Below are positions 9,402 to 18,956 of a stretch of DNA of 64,000 nucleotides, one piece after another. Made by a program: the position numbers and the translations under genes. Each line of letters starts with the position of its first letter. The first letter of the stretch is position 1. The notes under the pieces are model-generated. The model was not told the DNA's origin, ran no database searches, and saw nothing but the letters and a program-made list of their open reading frames with translations. Source of the stretch: an uncultured Candidatus Saccharibacteria bacterium (GTDB taxonomy: Bacteria > Patescibacteriota > Saccharimonadia > Saccharimonadales > JACDBH01); assembly GCA_965231105.1 (NCBI GenBank), contig OZ246417.1, positions 768,908 to 832,907 of the forward strand, in the 5' to 3' direction.

Positions 9402-9959
9402 ATGAGTAAAGATGTAACGGTACCCGCCAAGCTTCTTTGGATGGACTTGGAATATACGGATTTTGACTATCCCGATGCCTATGTATTAGAGGTATCAGTC
9501 GAAATTACTGATTTTAATTTTGTCACGCTTGGTAGCTATGAGGCCTGTATTAAGAATGATCCTAAAAAACTGGTACAGCGTTTTAAACTCAATACCTTTT
9601 GGCAACAGTATCCAGAAAACAGAGACCACTTCTTAAAGAATACCGAGAAGGGCAAGCCGTTAGTGCAAGTTGAAAAAGAGCTCATCGCTCTTGTTGAGGA
9701 GCATTTTGGTTCTGAGCCAGCTATCTTGGCAGGCAATTCGATTCATTCAGATCGTGCGGTATTAAAAGCGCATATGCCAGAACTTGATCTGAAACTACAC
9801 TATCGCATGCTTGATGTTTCGAGTCTCAAGATCCTCATGCAAGGCAAGTACGGTGTGTTTTATGACAAAAACAATACTCATCGTGCCTATGATGATATTC
9901 AGGCTTCTATTGCTGAACTACAATTTTATCTCGACTGGTTTGCCAAAGAGGGCAAATAA
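9402..9959 (+). CDS. orn: Oligoribonuclease
   Basis: LLWMDLEYTDFD (DEDD exo motif I), AGNSIHSDRAVL (motif II), HRAYDDI (motif III, DEDDh). The ATG at 9402 is preferred over the TTG at 9372. Confidence 0.8.
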   Translation: MSKDVTVPAKLLWMDLEYTDFDYPDAYVLEVSVEITDFNFVTLGSYEACIKNDPKKLVQRFKLNTFWQQYPENRDHFLKNTEKGKPLVQVEKELIALVEEHFGSEPAILAGNSIHSDRAVLKAHMPELDLKLHYRMLDVSSLKILMQGKYGVFYDKNNTHRAYDDIQASIAELQFYLDWFAKEGK

Positions 9960-10294
9960 TGGACCACAAAACCGTCGAAGAATATATCCTGAGCATGCCC
10001 AATAGTTATTTAGACTATCCTTTTGGCAAGGATGTGGCTGTTTATAAAACGGGGCCAAGGGGTGATGGGAAAATGTTTGCTCTTATCGCCGAGGGGCATG
10101 AACCAGTGCAACTTAGTCTTAAGTGTGACCCTCTCCTCGCGACGACGCTACGTGAGCGGTATGAGAGTGTTATGCCTGGGTACCACCTCAATAAGAAGCA
10201 CTGGAATACAATACTTCTAACAGGGCAGTTAACGTGGGAAGAAATCAAAGATCTCATTCGCCACAGCTATCAATTAGTAGCTGGCCTACAGTAA
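9959..10294 (+). CDS. MmcQ/YjbR family DNA-binding protein
   Basis: YPFG.DV.VYK...KMFALI...LSLKCDP...GYHLNKKHWNT is the family signature. Confidence 0.7.
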   Translation: MDHKTVEEYILSMPNSYLDYPFGKDVAVYKTGPRGDGKMFALIAEGHEPVQLSLKCDPLLATTLRERYESVMPGYHLNKKHWNTILLTGQLTWEEIKDLIRHSYQLVAGLQ

Positions 10295-10921
10295 GAGTGT
10301 ATTTGTAGAATCGAAAAACTTCTTCAGAAGTTCTTTAGTTTTAGCGCTGCTTGCTGCGGTATGGCTTCTCTCGATCTCGGCTTTATAGGTGTTGAGATAT
10401 GCCCGCATGATCTCATTAAATGTCTCGTTATAGTTATTACTCTTAGATGCAGTGCTTAACTCTGAATCTGTGCGTGTGCTTTTACGGCTCGCTAAAATCT
10501 CAGGAGACACTTTCGTTTTTGCATTACCTAGAAGAGTAATAAGCTCACGCTGTTCTGAGCTGACGGCTGATTTAATTGTTTGAGCAAAAGCTGTTACTGA
10601 TGGGTCAGTTGCATTTTTGATGCCCGCATCTGCAACTCGAACAATTTCTTGTTGCTGGGCAGTAACTCCAAGCAATAACTGTGCAGCACTATCCTTATTG
10701 CCGAAGAGCAGAGAGGAGGCAAGAATGAAAAGCGTGATAAGAACGATCCCACCACCTATAAGTACGAGTATGCGTGACTTTAGTCCATTTCCGCCACCGC
10801 CTCCACTGAGCACTTTCTTCTTTTGCTGATGTTGAGTGTCCATAATAAACCCATAAGGATTATGGCCTTCAGGATTAACTGGCGGCAGACCAGTATCATT
10901 CGGATTCATACATTCAAGCAT
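10286..10921 (-). CDS. Hypothetical single-pass membrane protein
   Basis: Gly-rich cytoplasmic N-terminus, one TM helix (ILVLIGGGIVLITLFILASSLLF), and a helical extracytoplasmic domain. No known motif. Confidence 0.45.
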   Translation of the reverse strand: MLECMNPNDTGLPPVNPEGHNPYGFIMDTQHQQKKKVLSGGGGGNGLKSRILVLIGGGIVLITLFILASSLLFGNKDSAAQLLLGVTAQQQEIVRVADAGIKNATDPSVTAFAQTIKSAVSSEQRELITLLGNAKTKVSPEILASRKSTRTDSELSTASKSNNYNETFNEIMRAYLNTYKAEIERSHTAASSAKTKELLKKFFDSTNTLLL

Positions 10922-10964
10922 AACAAATATTAGATAGAGACGATAGTAGGGCGAGGAAACATAA

Positions 10965-10993
10965 TTGACAATTAAGCATAAGTATGATAGATT
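10965..10993 (+). promoter_or_regulatory. Sigma-70-type promoter (TTGACA-17-TAGATT, TG-extended)
   Basis: TTGACA at 10965-10970, 17-nt spacer, TGaTAGATT. By my count 27 of 32 positions are identical to the promoter at 16635. Confidence 0.5.
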
Positions 10994-11029
10994 TATTTCT
11001 GAAATTCATAAAAATAAAAAGGCAAAATA

Positions 11030-11230
11030 ATGACAGAAAATCAGCAAACAGTAGAGGCTACAGCAGACATTGATCCAGATACCGCTTTTGCTCTCGGTAA
11101 AATTAGTTTAGAAGACCATAGGGAGGCTGTTAAGGGCCGCGCGATTCCTCAGCATATCCTTGATGCCTATAATGCAAAGCCAAGTGCGCAGCCGAGCATC
11201 AATCCAGATCTTTTAAATACTCCTCGCTAG
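11030..11230 (+). CDS. Hypothetical small protein (66 aa) upstream of dnaG
   Basis: ORF only, downstream of a good promoter. No motif recognised. Confidence 0.35.
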   Translation: MTENQQTVEATADIDPDTAFALGKISLEDHREAVKGRAIPQHILDAYNAKPSAQPSINPDLLNTPR

Positions 11231-11281
11231 GTTAAAGCCCTTAAGCTGTACCCTGAGCCCTGAACGCTGTACCCTAGTAGT

Positions 11282-13042
11282 ATGGATGCGGTTTCTGAGG
11301 TAAAGGCGAGGCTTAGTATTGAGGATGTTATTTCTGAATACGTTCAGTTAAAGCGTTCTGGTCGCAATCTAAAAGGTCTTAGTCCTTTTGGTAATGAAAA
11401 GACGCCAAGCTTTATGGTTAGCCCAGAAAAACAAATCTGGCACGACTTTTCTTCGGGTAAGGGCGGTGACATGTTTACCTTTATTCAAGAGGTAGAAGGC
11501 CTGGACTTTAAGCAGACTCTTGAGTTGCTTGCTCGCAAGGCGGGTGTTGATTTAGAACAGTTCCGTGGTACCGGGGGAAGCAACAGCAAGCATAAAGAGC
11601 GATTATACGAAGCCCTTGAATTAGCAGCGAAGTTTTATCAGGTACAACTCAAAATTTCTCGTCCAGCTCTTGAGTATTTACTTAAAAAGCGAGCATTTAC
11701 AAAGGATACAATTCTCAAGTTTCGTCTTGGGTATTCACCCAATAACGGAGATGCACTGTACTCTTTCTTAAAGAGCAAAAAATTTAAAGATGATGAGCTA
11801 CAGCAGGCCGGACTTATAACGAAACGCTACAAATATCCAGGCGATATGTTTCGAGGAAGAGTTATGGTACCTCTAGGTGATGCCCAAGGGCGTGTGGTGG
11901 GCTTTACGGCACGATTATTACAAGATGATCCTAATGCGCCAAAGTATATAAATACTCCCAGTACACTCCTGTATGACAAGGGCAGGCAAGTATATGGTTT
12001 ACACCATGCTAAGGAAGCTATCCGCAAAGAAGGATTTGCGGTAGTCGTAGAAGGAAACCTCGATGTTATCGCCAGTCACCAAGCGGGAATCAGCAATGTG
12101 GTAGCGGCCGCCGGTACTGCCCTTACCGAAAATCACCTGAAGAGCTTAAGTCGATTTGCAAGTGATGTGCGTTTTGCGTTTGATGCCGATCGGGCGGGTA
12201 TTAATGCGACGGAGCGAGCTATACCGTTAGCGCAGAAGGTAGGGGTGAATGTTAGTATTATCACCATTCCAGACGGTAAAGATCCGGATGAGCTCGTGCG
12301 CAAGGACCCTAAACTTTGGGAGCAGGCAATTGCGAAGCATCAATATGCAGTAGACTGGCTCATTGATCGCTACAAAGCAGTACTCAATATTGAGAGTGGG
12401 CAGGGCAAGCGGCAGTTTACTGATGTTGTGTTGGCCATTCTCCGGAATTTGTCTGATTCCGTTGAACAAGACCATTATGTGGCGGAGCTTGCTCATATTA
12501 TAGGCGTGAGCAAAAAGGCGGTGAGTACGAAATTACATGAGCAAAAGGGTGCTACAGAGCCGCGGCTTAAAAGAACAGTTACGCCTGTTGTCGAGACAAA
12601 GGAAATGATGGAGCAGCGTAAAACGGAACAACGGATGCTTGCGCTATTGCTCATGCACCAAAAACTGCGGAACGAAGTGACGTTGTTGGATACAGATATG
12701 TTTATGCAGACTGAAGCACAGAAGCTTTTCGATTTCCTAAAAGAACATCCCGATTTTAAAGGCGACAGTAAAGCAACCACTGAGCTAACGACCATTGGCG
12801 ATTATGTGAAAATTGTAGTATTATATTATGAAGAACTCTACCGGAACCTCGAGTTTGTTGAACTTCATTACGAAGTCGCTCGATTGCAGGAACGACTGGT
12901 AGGCAGATATGTCAAAGATCAAAAACAACATGTCCGCGAGAAGCTAGAGTCTGCTTCCGAAACGGACCAGCGTGCATTATTGGAAGAAGATAAAAGACTC
13001 AACACACTACTAAAAGAAGCGAAGGGATATGAGCGTGCCTAA
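11282..13042 (+). CDS. dnaG: DNA primase
   Basis: Zinc-ribbon region ([30 protein letters not shown]), RNA-polymerase core and TOPRIM (VVEGNLDVI...DADRAG). Confidence 0.9.
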   Translation: MDAVSEVKARLSIEDVISEYVQLKRSGRNLKGLSPFGNEKTPSFMVSPEKQIWHDFSSGKGGDMFTFIQEVEGLDFKQTLELLARKAGVDLEQFRGTGGSNSKHKERLYEALELAAKFYQVQLKISRPALEYLLKKRAFTKDTILKFRLGYSPNNGDALYSFLKSKKFKDDELQQAGLITKRYKYPGDMFRGRVMVPLGDAQGRVVGFTARLLQDDPNAPKYINTPSTLLYDKGRQVYGLHHAKEAIRKEGFAVVVEGNLDVIASHQAGISNVVAAAGTALTENHLKSLSRFASDVRFAFDADRAGINATERAIPLAQKVGVNVSIITIPDGKDPDELVRKDPKLWEQAIAKHQYAVDWLIDRYKAVLNIESGQGKRQFTDVVLAILRNLSDSVEQDHYVAELAHIIGVSKKAVSTKLHEQKGATEPRLKRTVTPVVETKEMMEQRKTEQRMLALLLMHQKLRNEVTLLDTDMFMQTEAQKLFDFLKEHPDFKGDSKATTELTTIGDYVKIVVLYYEELYRNLEFVELHYEVARLQERLVGRYVKDQKQHVREKLESASETDQRALLEEDKRLNTLLKEAKGYERA

Positions 13043-14186
13043 GAAGACAGATAAACAAGATAAGCCGACCAAGCCAATCAAACAGGAAGATGGTGCAGCT
13101 GCATTGCAGGCAGTAAAGGAAAAACTGCTTGAGAAGGCAAAGAAAGCGGGCAAGATTGATCAGCGAGAAATCTTTGCCTCCATTCCTGACACTCCAGAAA
13201 ATATTGATATTTTGGATACGCTCTATAGCGAATTAACTGATGCCGGTGTAGAACTTATAGGTGCGACCGAACCAAGTCCTGAAGAATTCTCAGATGAATG
13301 GGTGGCAGAAGACGAAGAAGAGATTGTTCTTGATGATCATGTCTATCTTGATGACATTGCCGATGACTCTGTCCGTTTATACCTTCGTGAAATTGGTAAG
13401 ATTCCGCTTCTTAAAGCCGAGGAAGAGTTGGCGCTTGCAAAGCGTGTTGTCGCGGGCGACAAAGATGCGAAAGATCAGATGGCAGAGGCTAATATGCGTC
13501 TCGTGGTTTCAATCGCGAAGCGCTATGTAGGTCGTGGTCTGGATTTACTTGACCTTATCCAGGAAGGTAATACCGGCCTGCTTCGTGCGGTTGAAAAGTT
13601 TGACCCTGATAAGGGCTTTAAGTTTTCTACCTATGCAACGTGGTGGATTCGCCAAGCTATTACCCGTGCTATTGCTGACCAGGCTCGTACTATCCGTATT
13701 CCCGTGCACATGGTTGAGACTATTAACAAGTTGCTTCGTACCCAGCGTCGCTTAACGCAAGAGTTTAACCGTGAGCCAACCAACGAAGAAATTGCCAAAG
13801 AGATGGAAATCGAAGTTGAGAAGGTCGAGCACATTATGAAGATTAAGCAGGATATTTCTTCGCTTGATGCTTCAGTGCGTGACGATGAAGAAGACTCAGT
13901 ACTCGGTGATTTTATCGAAGACGAAGACACGGTGTCTCCAGAAGAATCAGCTGCAGGACAACTCTTAAAAGAGCAGGTAAAAGGTCTTCTCGGTTCATTA
14001 ACTGAACGTGAACAAAAGATACTAAAGCTTCGCTTTGGGCTGGAAGATGGCAAGTCTCATACGCTCGAAGAAGTAGGTCAGGAATTTTCTGTGACCCGTG
14101 AACGTATCCGTCAGATTGAAGCTAAGGCCCTTGCTAAGCTTCGTAAGCATAAAGACTCTAAGAAACTACTAGACTACATAAAGTAA
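13029..14186 (+). CDS. rpoD: RNA polymerase principal sigma factor
   Basis: YLREIG, region 2 ([40 protein letters not shown]), IRIPVHM, and region 4.2 ([28 protein letters not shown]). Confidence 0.92.
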   Translation: MSVPKKTDKQDKPTKPIKQEDGAAALQAVKEKLLEKAKKAGKIDQREIFASIPDTPENIDILDTLYSELTDAGVELIGATEPSPEEFSDEWVAEDEEEIVLDDHVYLDDIADDSVRLYLREIGKIPLLKAEEELALAKRVVAGDKDAKDQMAEANMRLVVSIAKRYVGRGLDLLDLIQEGNTGLLRAVEKFDPDKGFKFSTYATWWIRQAITRAIADQARTIRIPVHMVETINKLLRTQRRLTQEFNREPTNEEIAKEMEIEVEKVEHIMKIKQDISSLDASVRDDEEDSVLGDFIEDEDTVSPEESAAGQLLKEQVKGLLGSLTEREQKILKLRFGLEDGKSHTLEEVGQEFSVTRERIRQIEAKALAKLRKHKDSKKLLDYIK

Positions 14187-14779
14187 TGAAAATTATTGGT
14201 ATCTCTGGCACGAATGGCTCGGGCAAAGACACTATAGGCCATATGCTTAGCGAAAGGCATGGATGGTTGTTTGTCTCTGTATCGGACCTTCTTCGTGATG
14301 AGGCTCGTAAGCGTGGACAGCCCGTTGAACGTGAAGTGCTCAGCTCAATTAGTGCTGAATGGCGCCGTAAAGGTGGTCTAGGTGCCCTTATTGATAAGGC
14401 AGTAGAGCTTTTTGAATCACAAGAAGGTGCATACAAGGGTCTAGCCATTGCAAGTTTGCGTAATCCTGGTGAGGCAGATCGAGTCCATGCATTAAAAGGG
14501 CTTGTTGTATGGTCTGACGCAGATCCGCGGGTTCGATATGATCGCATTCAGGCAAATGCCTTGAATCGGGGCAGAAAAGAAGAAGATACGAAAACGTTTG
14601 AACAATTCCTTAATGAAGAAGAAGCCGAAATGAAGCGTTCAGGGGATGAAGCAACACTCGACATGTCTGCGGTAAAAGAACGGTCTGACATTTTTCTCGA
14701 GAACAATGATAATGACATTGATGCCTTCAAAGACTACGTAGAACAGGATCTGTCCTATACGGGTTTTATTGAACTCTAG
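14186..14779 (+). CDS. P-loop nucleotide/nucleoside kinase-like protein
   Basis: Walker A GISGTNGSGKDT at the N-terminus, about 200 aa, NMP/dNMP-kinase-like layout. Substrate unknown. Confidence 0.55.
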   Translation: MKIIGISGTNGSGKDTIGHMLSERHGWLFVSVSDLLRDEARKRGQPVEREVLSSISAEWRRKGGLGALIDKAVELFESQEGAYKGLAIASLRNPGEADRVHALKGLVVWSDADPRVRYDRIQANALNRGRKEEDTKTFEQFLNEEEAEMKRSGDEATLDMSAVKERSDIFLENNDNDIDAFKDYVEQDLSYTGFIEL

Positions 14780-14819
14780 TTGCTCGGAATTACATTAGCG
14801 GGCTATTATCTAGAAGCAG

Positions 14820-16619
14820 ATGGCGGAGAAAAAACTTAAATATAGTGAAGTACCACAAGCGCTTGGCTATGTTATTCGTACGATCTGGAATATTTCTCCA
14901 GCCTATGTGCTCATCTCGCTCTTACAGCAGATAAAAGATCGGCTTGTGCCGTACGCGACACTCTTTATTGCGGCAGCCATAACAAGCAAGCTGCCGTCTA
15001 TTATTAATAATGAAACTGAATTTCGTAGTATCGTTACGCTTTCGGCTTTGGCGCTCATTATCGAGCTTAGCTCACGATTACTTGACTTACTTGTTAATAA
15101 AACCAAGGTCCGTGCTGAAGCGAAAGTGGCGATTATCATGCGAGAGCATTTTTATTCTCGTTATGCCCGCTTGCCGTATCACCTCTATGAGGATAAGGAC
15201 GTTATTGATGCTTTCAACTATGCCGATGAGTTTATGTATCGTTTTAGCCAATTTGGGCTGTATCAGATTGCGCGCTCAGTAGGCAGTGTTATTGAATTTA
15301 TCACCGCTACCGTAGCGCTTGTGGCTGTCGCGTGGTACATGCCATTACTCTTACTTATTCTTATGCCATTTCTGCTCCGTTCCATTTTTCGTATTAATCG
15401 TGAAAATGCCCGAATTTATCGTGATAATCGTCCGGCACAACGGCGAGTTTGGACTATCGAGCGACAATTTTATCCTCGTTACATTAAAGAAACGCGACTC
15501 TACGGAGTGGTTGAACATTTCTTAGGTGAACGACGAAAACTTTCTGAAAGCATGAATCGCAAGGAACAGGAGATCAGTTTTCGGCGAGATCGCCTGAATT
15601 TCTTGCAGGAGGGTGAAATCCAGATAGCAAGTTTTATCGCAACTATCATTGCGCTGTGGCGTATTGCATTTCAAGGTGCACCACTGGGTATATTTGTACT
15701 CGCACAACAGCTGACAAGTCGTGCTGGTAATGCCATTGATACATTGTTCTCTGAACTCGGTCGCTTCGATGAGGATCTCTATGGGTTTTCTGAGTATCGA
15801 TATATCACCGAAGAGCTACAACCCAGAGAAGATATTGGCTTAGAGAAAGTTCCACCAAAACCAGATATCTCCATTGAAAATCTTACTTTTAGCTATCCAG
15901 AATCTAGAACTCCCGCCCTTAAAGACATAACCCTTGCTATCCCGTACGGTATGTCAATTGCAGTTGTGGGTGAAAACGGCAGCGGTAAAACTACACTCAC
16001 TCGATTGCTGCTCGGCTTGTACCGGCCGCAAGAAGGTGAGATTCGCCTAAATGGCAAACCTGCAGCTAGTTATGAAGAGGCGAGTTGGTTGCGTAAGGCG
16101 GGTGTTTTGTTGCAAGATTTTGGGCTTAATGAAGATATAACAATCAGGGAAGCAGTGTGGATTGGTGATATTCATAAGCCACGTGACGACACACTGATAT
16201 GGCAAGCACTCGAGCATGCGGAACTTAAGAAGACTATTGAAGAGCTGCCACATAAACTTGATACATACTTAGGTAAGTGGATTGACGAAGAAAAAGGCAC
16301 CGAACTTTCTGGCGGACAATTACAACGTTTGGCAATTGCGCGTACGCTGTTCCGAAATCCGGAAATACTCATTCTCGATGAACCAACTTCAGCCGTAGAT
16401 GCGAATGCAGAAGAGCGTATTTTTAGTCGCTTGCAGACAGCTCGGAAAGATAAAACAACTATTTTCATCTCTCATCGCTTTAGTACTGTACGTCGAGCGA
16501 AGTACATCATCGTACTTGATAACGGTAGACTGAAAGAGCAGGGTACTCATGAGGAGTTGATGAAGCGCAGAGGACTGTATCATGAGATGTTTACAAAGCA
16601 GGCCGAGGGCTACCTCTAG
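14820..16619 (+). CDS. ABC exporter, fused permease/ATPase
   Basis: N-terminal 6-TM-type domain, then Walker A GENGSGKTT, signature LSGGQLQR and Walker B ILILDEPTS. Confidence 0.85.
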   Translation: MAEKKLKYSEVPQALGYVIRTIWNISPAYVLISLLQQIKDRLVPYATLFIAAAITSKLPSIINNETEFRSIVTLSALALIIELSSRLLDLLVNKTKVRAEAKVAIIMREHFYSRYARLPYHLYEDKDVIDAFNYADEFMYRFSQFGLYQIARSVGSVIEFITATVALVAVAWYMPLLLLILMPFLLRSIFRINRENARIYRDNRPAQRRVWTIERQFYPRYIKETRLYGVVEHFLGERRKLSESMNRKEQEISFRRDRLNFLQEGEIQIASFIATIIALWRIAFQGAPLGIFVLAQQLTSRAGNAIDTLFSELGRFDEDLYGFSEYRYITEELQPREDIGLEKVPPKPDISIENLTFSYPESRTPALKDITLAIPYGMSIAVVGENGSGKTTLTRLLLGLYRPQEGEIRLNGKPAASYEEASWLRKAGVLLQDFGLNEDITIREAVWIGDIHKPRDDTLIWQALEHAELKKTIEELPHKLDTYLGKWIDEEKGTELSGGQLQRLAIARTLFRNPEILILDEPTSAVDANAEERIFSRLQTARKDKTTIFISHRFSTVRRAKYIIVLDNGRLKEQGTHEELMKRRGLYHEMFTKQAEGYL

Positions 16620-16634
16620 ATCTTTGACATAACA

Positions 16635-16663
16635 TTGACAAATAATCATAAGTATGATAAATT
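16635..16663 (+). promoter_or_regulatory. Sigma-70-type promoter (TTGACA-17-TAAATT, TG-extended) for the GGDEF gene
   Basis: TTGACA at 16635-16640, 17-nt spacer, TGaTAAATT. A second TTGACA lies at 16624-16629. Confidence 0.5.
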
Positions 16664-16665
16664 TA

Positions 16666-16692
16666 CATCTGTAGATATAAAACATACAGATG
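16666..16692. promoter_or_regulatory. 8-bp perfect inverted repeat spanning the GGDEF start codon
   Basis: CATCTGTA (16666-16673) and TACAGATG (16685-16692) with an 11-nt spacer. The right arm contains the ATG at 16690. Confidence 0.35.
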
Positions 16693-17457
16693 AACACGCA
16701 TCATAATCAAGCACCGACACCAGCCGAACGAATGTTTCCTACTCCTCATATACAGGAAGCTCATGAGCCGATGCCCGTAATACCTGAAGTTGATGCGGCA
16801 TATCTCGCAGCCCTTAACGCAGAACAGAAAGCCCTAAAAGCAGGTGCCGATCCCGAACTACTCCCACTATATGGTGGTGCTATCCGAATGGCCCGCGAGG
16901 CTCGAATGCGAACCACAGACTCCCTTACAGGGCTTTTAAACCGCGAGGGTTTACGTGAATGGTTTGAGCGATATAAGCCTGAAAAATTTGGTATTTTCTT
17001 TGGCGATGGTGATAACTTTGGTGAAATAAATAAAAAGCACGGCCATGACGTTGGTGACAGGGTCATTGGTTATATCGGTGAAAATTTTGCAAATAAGTTT
17101 CGTATCGGCGACGATCCAGTGAGAGTTGAAAAGCGTGCTCATCCAGAAGATAAAGATGCAGTGGGTCGTTTTAAGGGCTCAGGTGTGGGGCGTATGGGTG
17201 GTGACGAATTTTTGGGTATCGCAAACCTTACGCATGTTAAGCCTGGAGATGAACAAAAAGTAGTAGATATTATCAAGGGCCGTCTTAGTAACTTCGGGAC
17301 TTATCACGATCCTAAAACTGGTCTTGAATTACCTATTAGCATTACAGCCGTCGGTATGGTGGGGCATGCCCGCGATAATAAATCACTCGACTTTTATAAA
17401 GGGCAGCTCGATCAAGAGCTTGTCCCAATCAAAGCAGCTCGTAAAGCTGGTCGATAA
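16690..17457 (+). CDS. GGDEF-domain diguanylate cyclase (no recognisable sensor domain)
   Basis: DSLTGLLNR, GDGDNFGEINKKHGHDVGD (metal and guanine-contact positions conserved when aligned to the PleD D327..N335..D344 pattern), intact RMGGDEF. No RxxD I-site 5 residues upstream. Confidence 0.85.
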   Translation: MNTHHNQAPTPAERMFPTPHIQEAHEPMPVIPEVDAAYLAALNAEQKALKAGADPELLPLYGGAIRMAREARMRTTDSLTGLLNREGLREWFERYKPEKFGIFFGDGDNFGEINKKHGHDVGDRVIGYIGENFANKFRIGDDPVRVEKRAHPEDKDAVGRFKGSGVGRMGGDEFLGIANLTHVKPGDEQKVVDIIKGRLSNFGTYHDPKTGLELPISITAVGMVGHARDNKSLDFYKGQLDQELVPIKAARKAGR

Positions 17458-17480
17458 CATATCCTTCAGTGGTCGCATCA

Positions 17481-17509
17481 TTGCTAAAACAGCTTATTTC
17501 TGTTAAAAT
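17481..17509 (+). promoter_or_regulatory. Promoter (TTGCTA-17-TAAAAT) 7 nt upstream of the sigma-Wbl ATG
   Basis: Hexamers have an exact 17-nt spacer and the ATG at 17517 lies 7 nt after the -10, with no SD. This suggests a leaderless mRNA. Confidence 0.45.
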
Positions 17510-17516
17510 ATAGCAA

Positions 17517-18878
17517 ATGGAGAGACAAGGATCTGTGTTTGCTATTGCCGAAAAACCGGCTGAAGTTAGCCCTGATTGGTTAGGGTATCGTTTTATAGCT
17601 CCTTCGCGCCATGCAAGATCAGGCAAGCTATCTCCTCTCCATATTGAAAAATTACCAAACTCGCTCGTTATGGGTGTAGAAGAAGCCCACGAGGTTGAAT
17701 TTTTGCTTGACTCGCCTTATGACTTCGCAATGGCAGGTTATGCTGAGATGCCGACCCCGAAAGACAAGAGCGCTTCGCTCTTAACTACGGTAGGCCAGCA
17801 ACTACTGGGCAGAACAATCATGGCTGGTCAGCAGGCGGTATTGCAAAACCTTGCATCCGATGAAGAATCAAGACTTGGTATCACTCAAGCAGCCGATAAA
17901 GCGTGGGAACGGTTAGTCGATTCAAATGTGCGTTTAGTGAGTGCTATCGCGAAACGAGTTAGACGAGACATGCCTTTCCGGGATGCGCAACAGCAGGGAT
18001 ACCTTGGCCTTATGCAAGCTGCTCGAAAGTTTGATTATAGAAAAGGCTTCAGGTTTTCAACCTATGCTGACCCATGGATTAAACAGTTCATTGCTGTTGG
18101 AAGAGCAGAGAGTTCTTTCCAGATTAGCGTTAAACCTAAAGACGCTATAAAGCTTGATGAACTGCAGGACGTTACATCGCTGTTGGTTGAAAATGATATA
18201 GCTCCTACCAACTCCACGCTTGCTGAGGTGATCGGTTGCGAGGTTCCGGAAGTTTGGGAAAGAATGCATATGCGTGAAATGACTTCTCATCAAATATCCT
18301 TAAATTCACATGCTCGTGGGGATAGAGAGCTTATTGATACTCTGCCCGACGAATCAACATATTCCGTGTCGGGGGACAGGGAAAAAACAGAAGAAGTAGA
18401 CACCTTACTTTTTGCCGCCATCAATGCCTTACCAGAAACTCACCGAGATATGTATATACAAAACCAAGCTCACGAAGTTTATTCTTCCGGAATTGGCAAA
18501 TCAAAGGCGCGGGACGTGACTTTATTAGCGAAGGAACAAGGACTTCCTATTTCGATCGTAGAAGCAATGCTTGATGAAGCTAAATTCATGCTCGTACATC
18601 CTTCAAGTGGGCTTATTAGTGAAGTTGATCCTCGTGAAGACAGAGAAGGTTTTTATGATGCCGAGTGCGTAAATGAGCCCTATGAAGTATTCTTTACCGC
18701 TACCGCAGACCAGCCAGAGGCTCGTGCAGTAAGAGCTCAAATGTGTGGCTCCTGCGCTATGCAAGGAGCGTGTGAAAAGCTGGCCGTTGAATACGAAGCG
18801 ACCGCTGGTTACTTTGGTAATGTCAACTTTGGTGCGAAAGACTCTCCCGGCTCCCTAGATTTACAGGCTACTTCGTAA
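17517..18878 (+). CDS. Sigma-70 family protein with C-terminal WhiB-like (Wbl) four-Cys module
   Basis: Region 2 is LVDSNVRLVSAIAKRV..QQGYLGLMQAARKFDYRKGFRFSTYADPWIKQFI. Regions 3 and 4 are degenerate. The C-terminus carries C384-x25-C410-x2-C413-x5-C419 plus GYFGN. Confidence 0.7.
   Translation: MERQGSVFAIAEKPAEVSPDWLGYRFIAPSRHARSGKLSPLHIEKLPNSLVMGVEEAHEVEFLLDSPYDFAMAGYAEMPTPKDKSASLLTTVGQQLLGRTIMAGQQAVLQNLASDEESRLGITQAADKAWERLVDSNVRLVSAIAKRVRRDMPFRDAQQQGYLGLMQAARKFDYRKGFRFSTYADPWIKQFIAVGRAESSFQISVKPKDAIKLDELQDVTSLLVENDIAPTNSTLAEVIGCEVPEVWERMHMREMTSHQISLNSHARGDRELIDTLPDESTYSVSGDREKTEEVDTLLFAAINALPETHRDMYIQNQAHEVYSSGIGKSKARDVTLLAKEQGLPISIVEAMLDEAKFMLVHPSSGLISEVDPREDREGFYDAECVNEPYEVFFTATADQPEARAVRAQMCGSCAMQGACEKLAVEYEATAGYFGNVNFGAKDSPGSLDLQATS
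18639..18836 (+). other. WhiB-like domain-coding segment within the sigma-like CDS
   Basis: Encodes DREGFYDAECVNEPYEVFFTATADQPEARAVRAQMCGSCAMQGACEKLAVEYEATAGYFGNVNFGA, with Wbl Cys spacing, a PE.FF-like motif and a G[VI]WGG-like turn. Confidence 0.6.
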
Positions 18879-18956
18879 TTCATTAGACATTTAAATTAAG
18901 TTGTTCGCTCGGCTTCTTTTACGCTAGAATTAAGAATAAGCGTAATAGGTGTAGAT

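Noticed and set aside
13631-14053. Long antisense ORFs inside conserved genes. Examples: 13631-14053 in rpoD, 14158-14547 in the kinase-like gene, 19695-20126 in the GLUG gene, 32590-33003 in holA, 42537-42899 opposite the Pro/Thr-rich ORF, and 44641-45081 in ftsK.
   Set aside because: They lie opposite genes with unmistakable family motifs, have Ser/Arg/Cys-rich shadow-ORF composition and carry no motifs or SDs. I treat them as non-coding frames.
16690-17457. Possibility that the GGDEF enzyme is a Hypr-type (cGAMP-producing) or otherwise altered-specificity cyclase.
   Set aside because: On first reading the Lys after EIN looked like a specificity change. Aligning to the PleD D327...N335...D344 pattern shows the guanine-contacting Asn and Asp (in GHDVGD) are both canonical.
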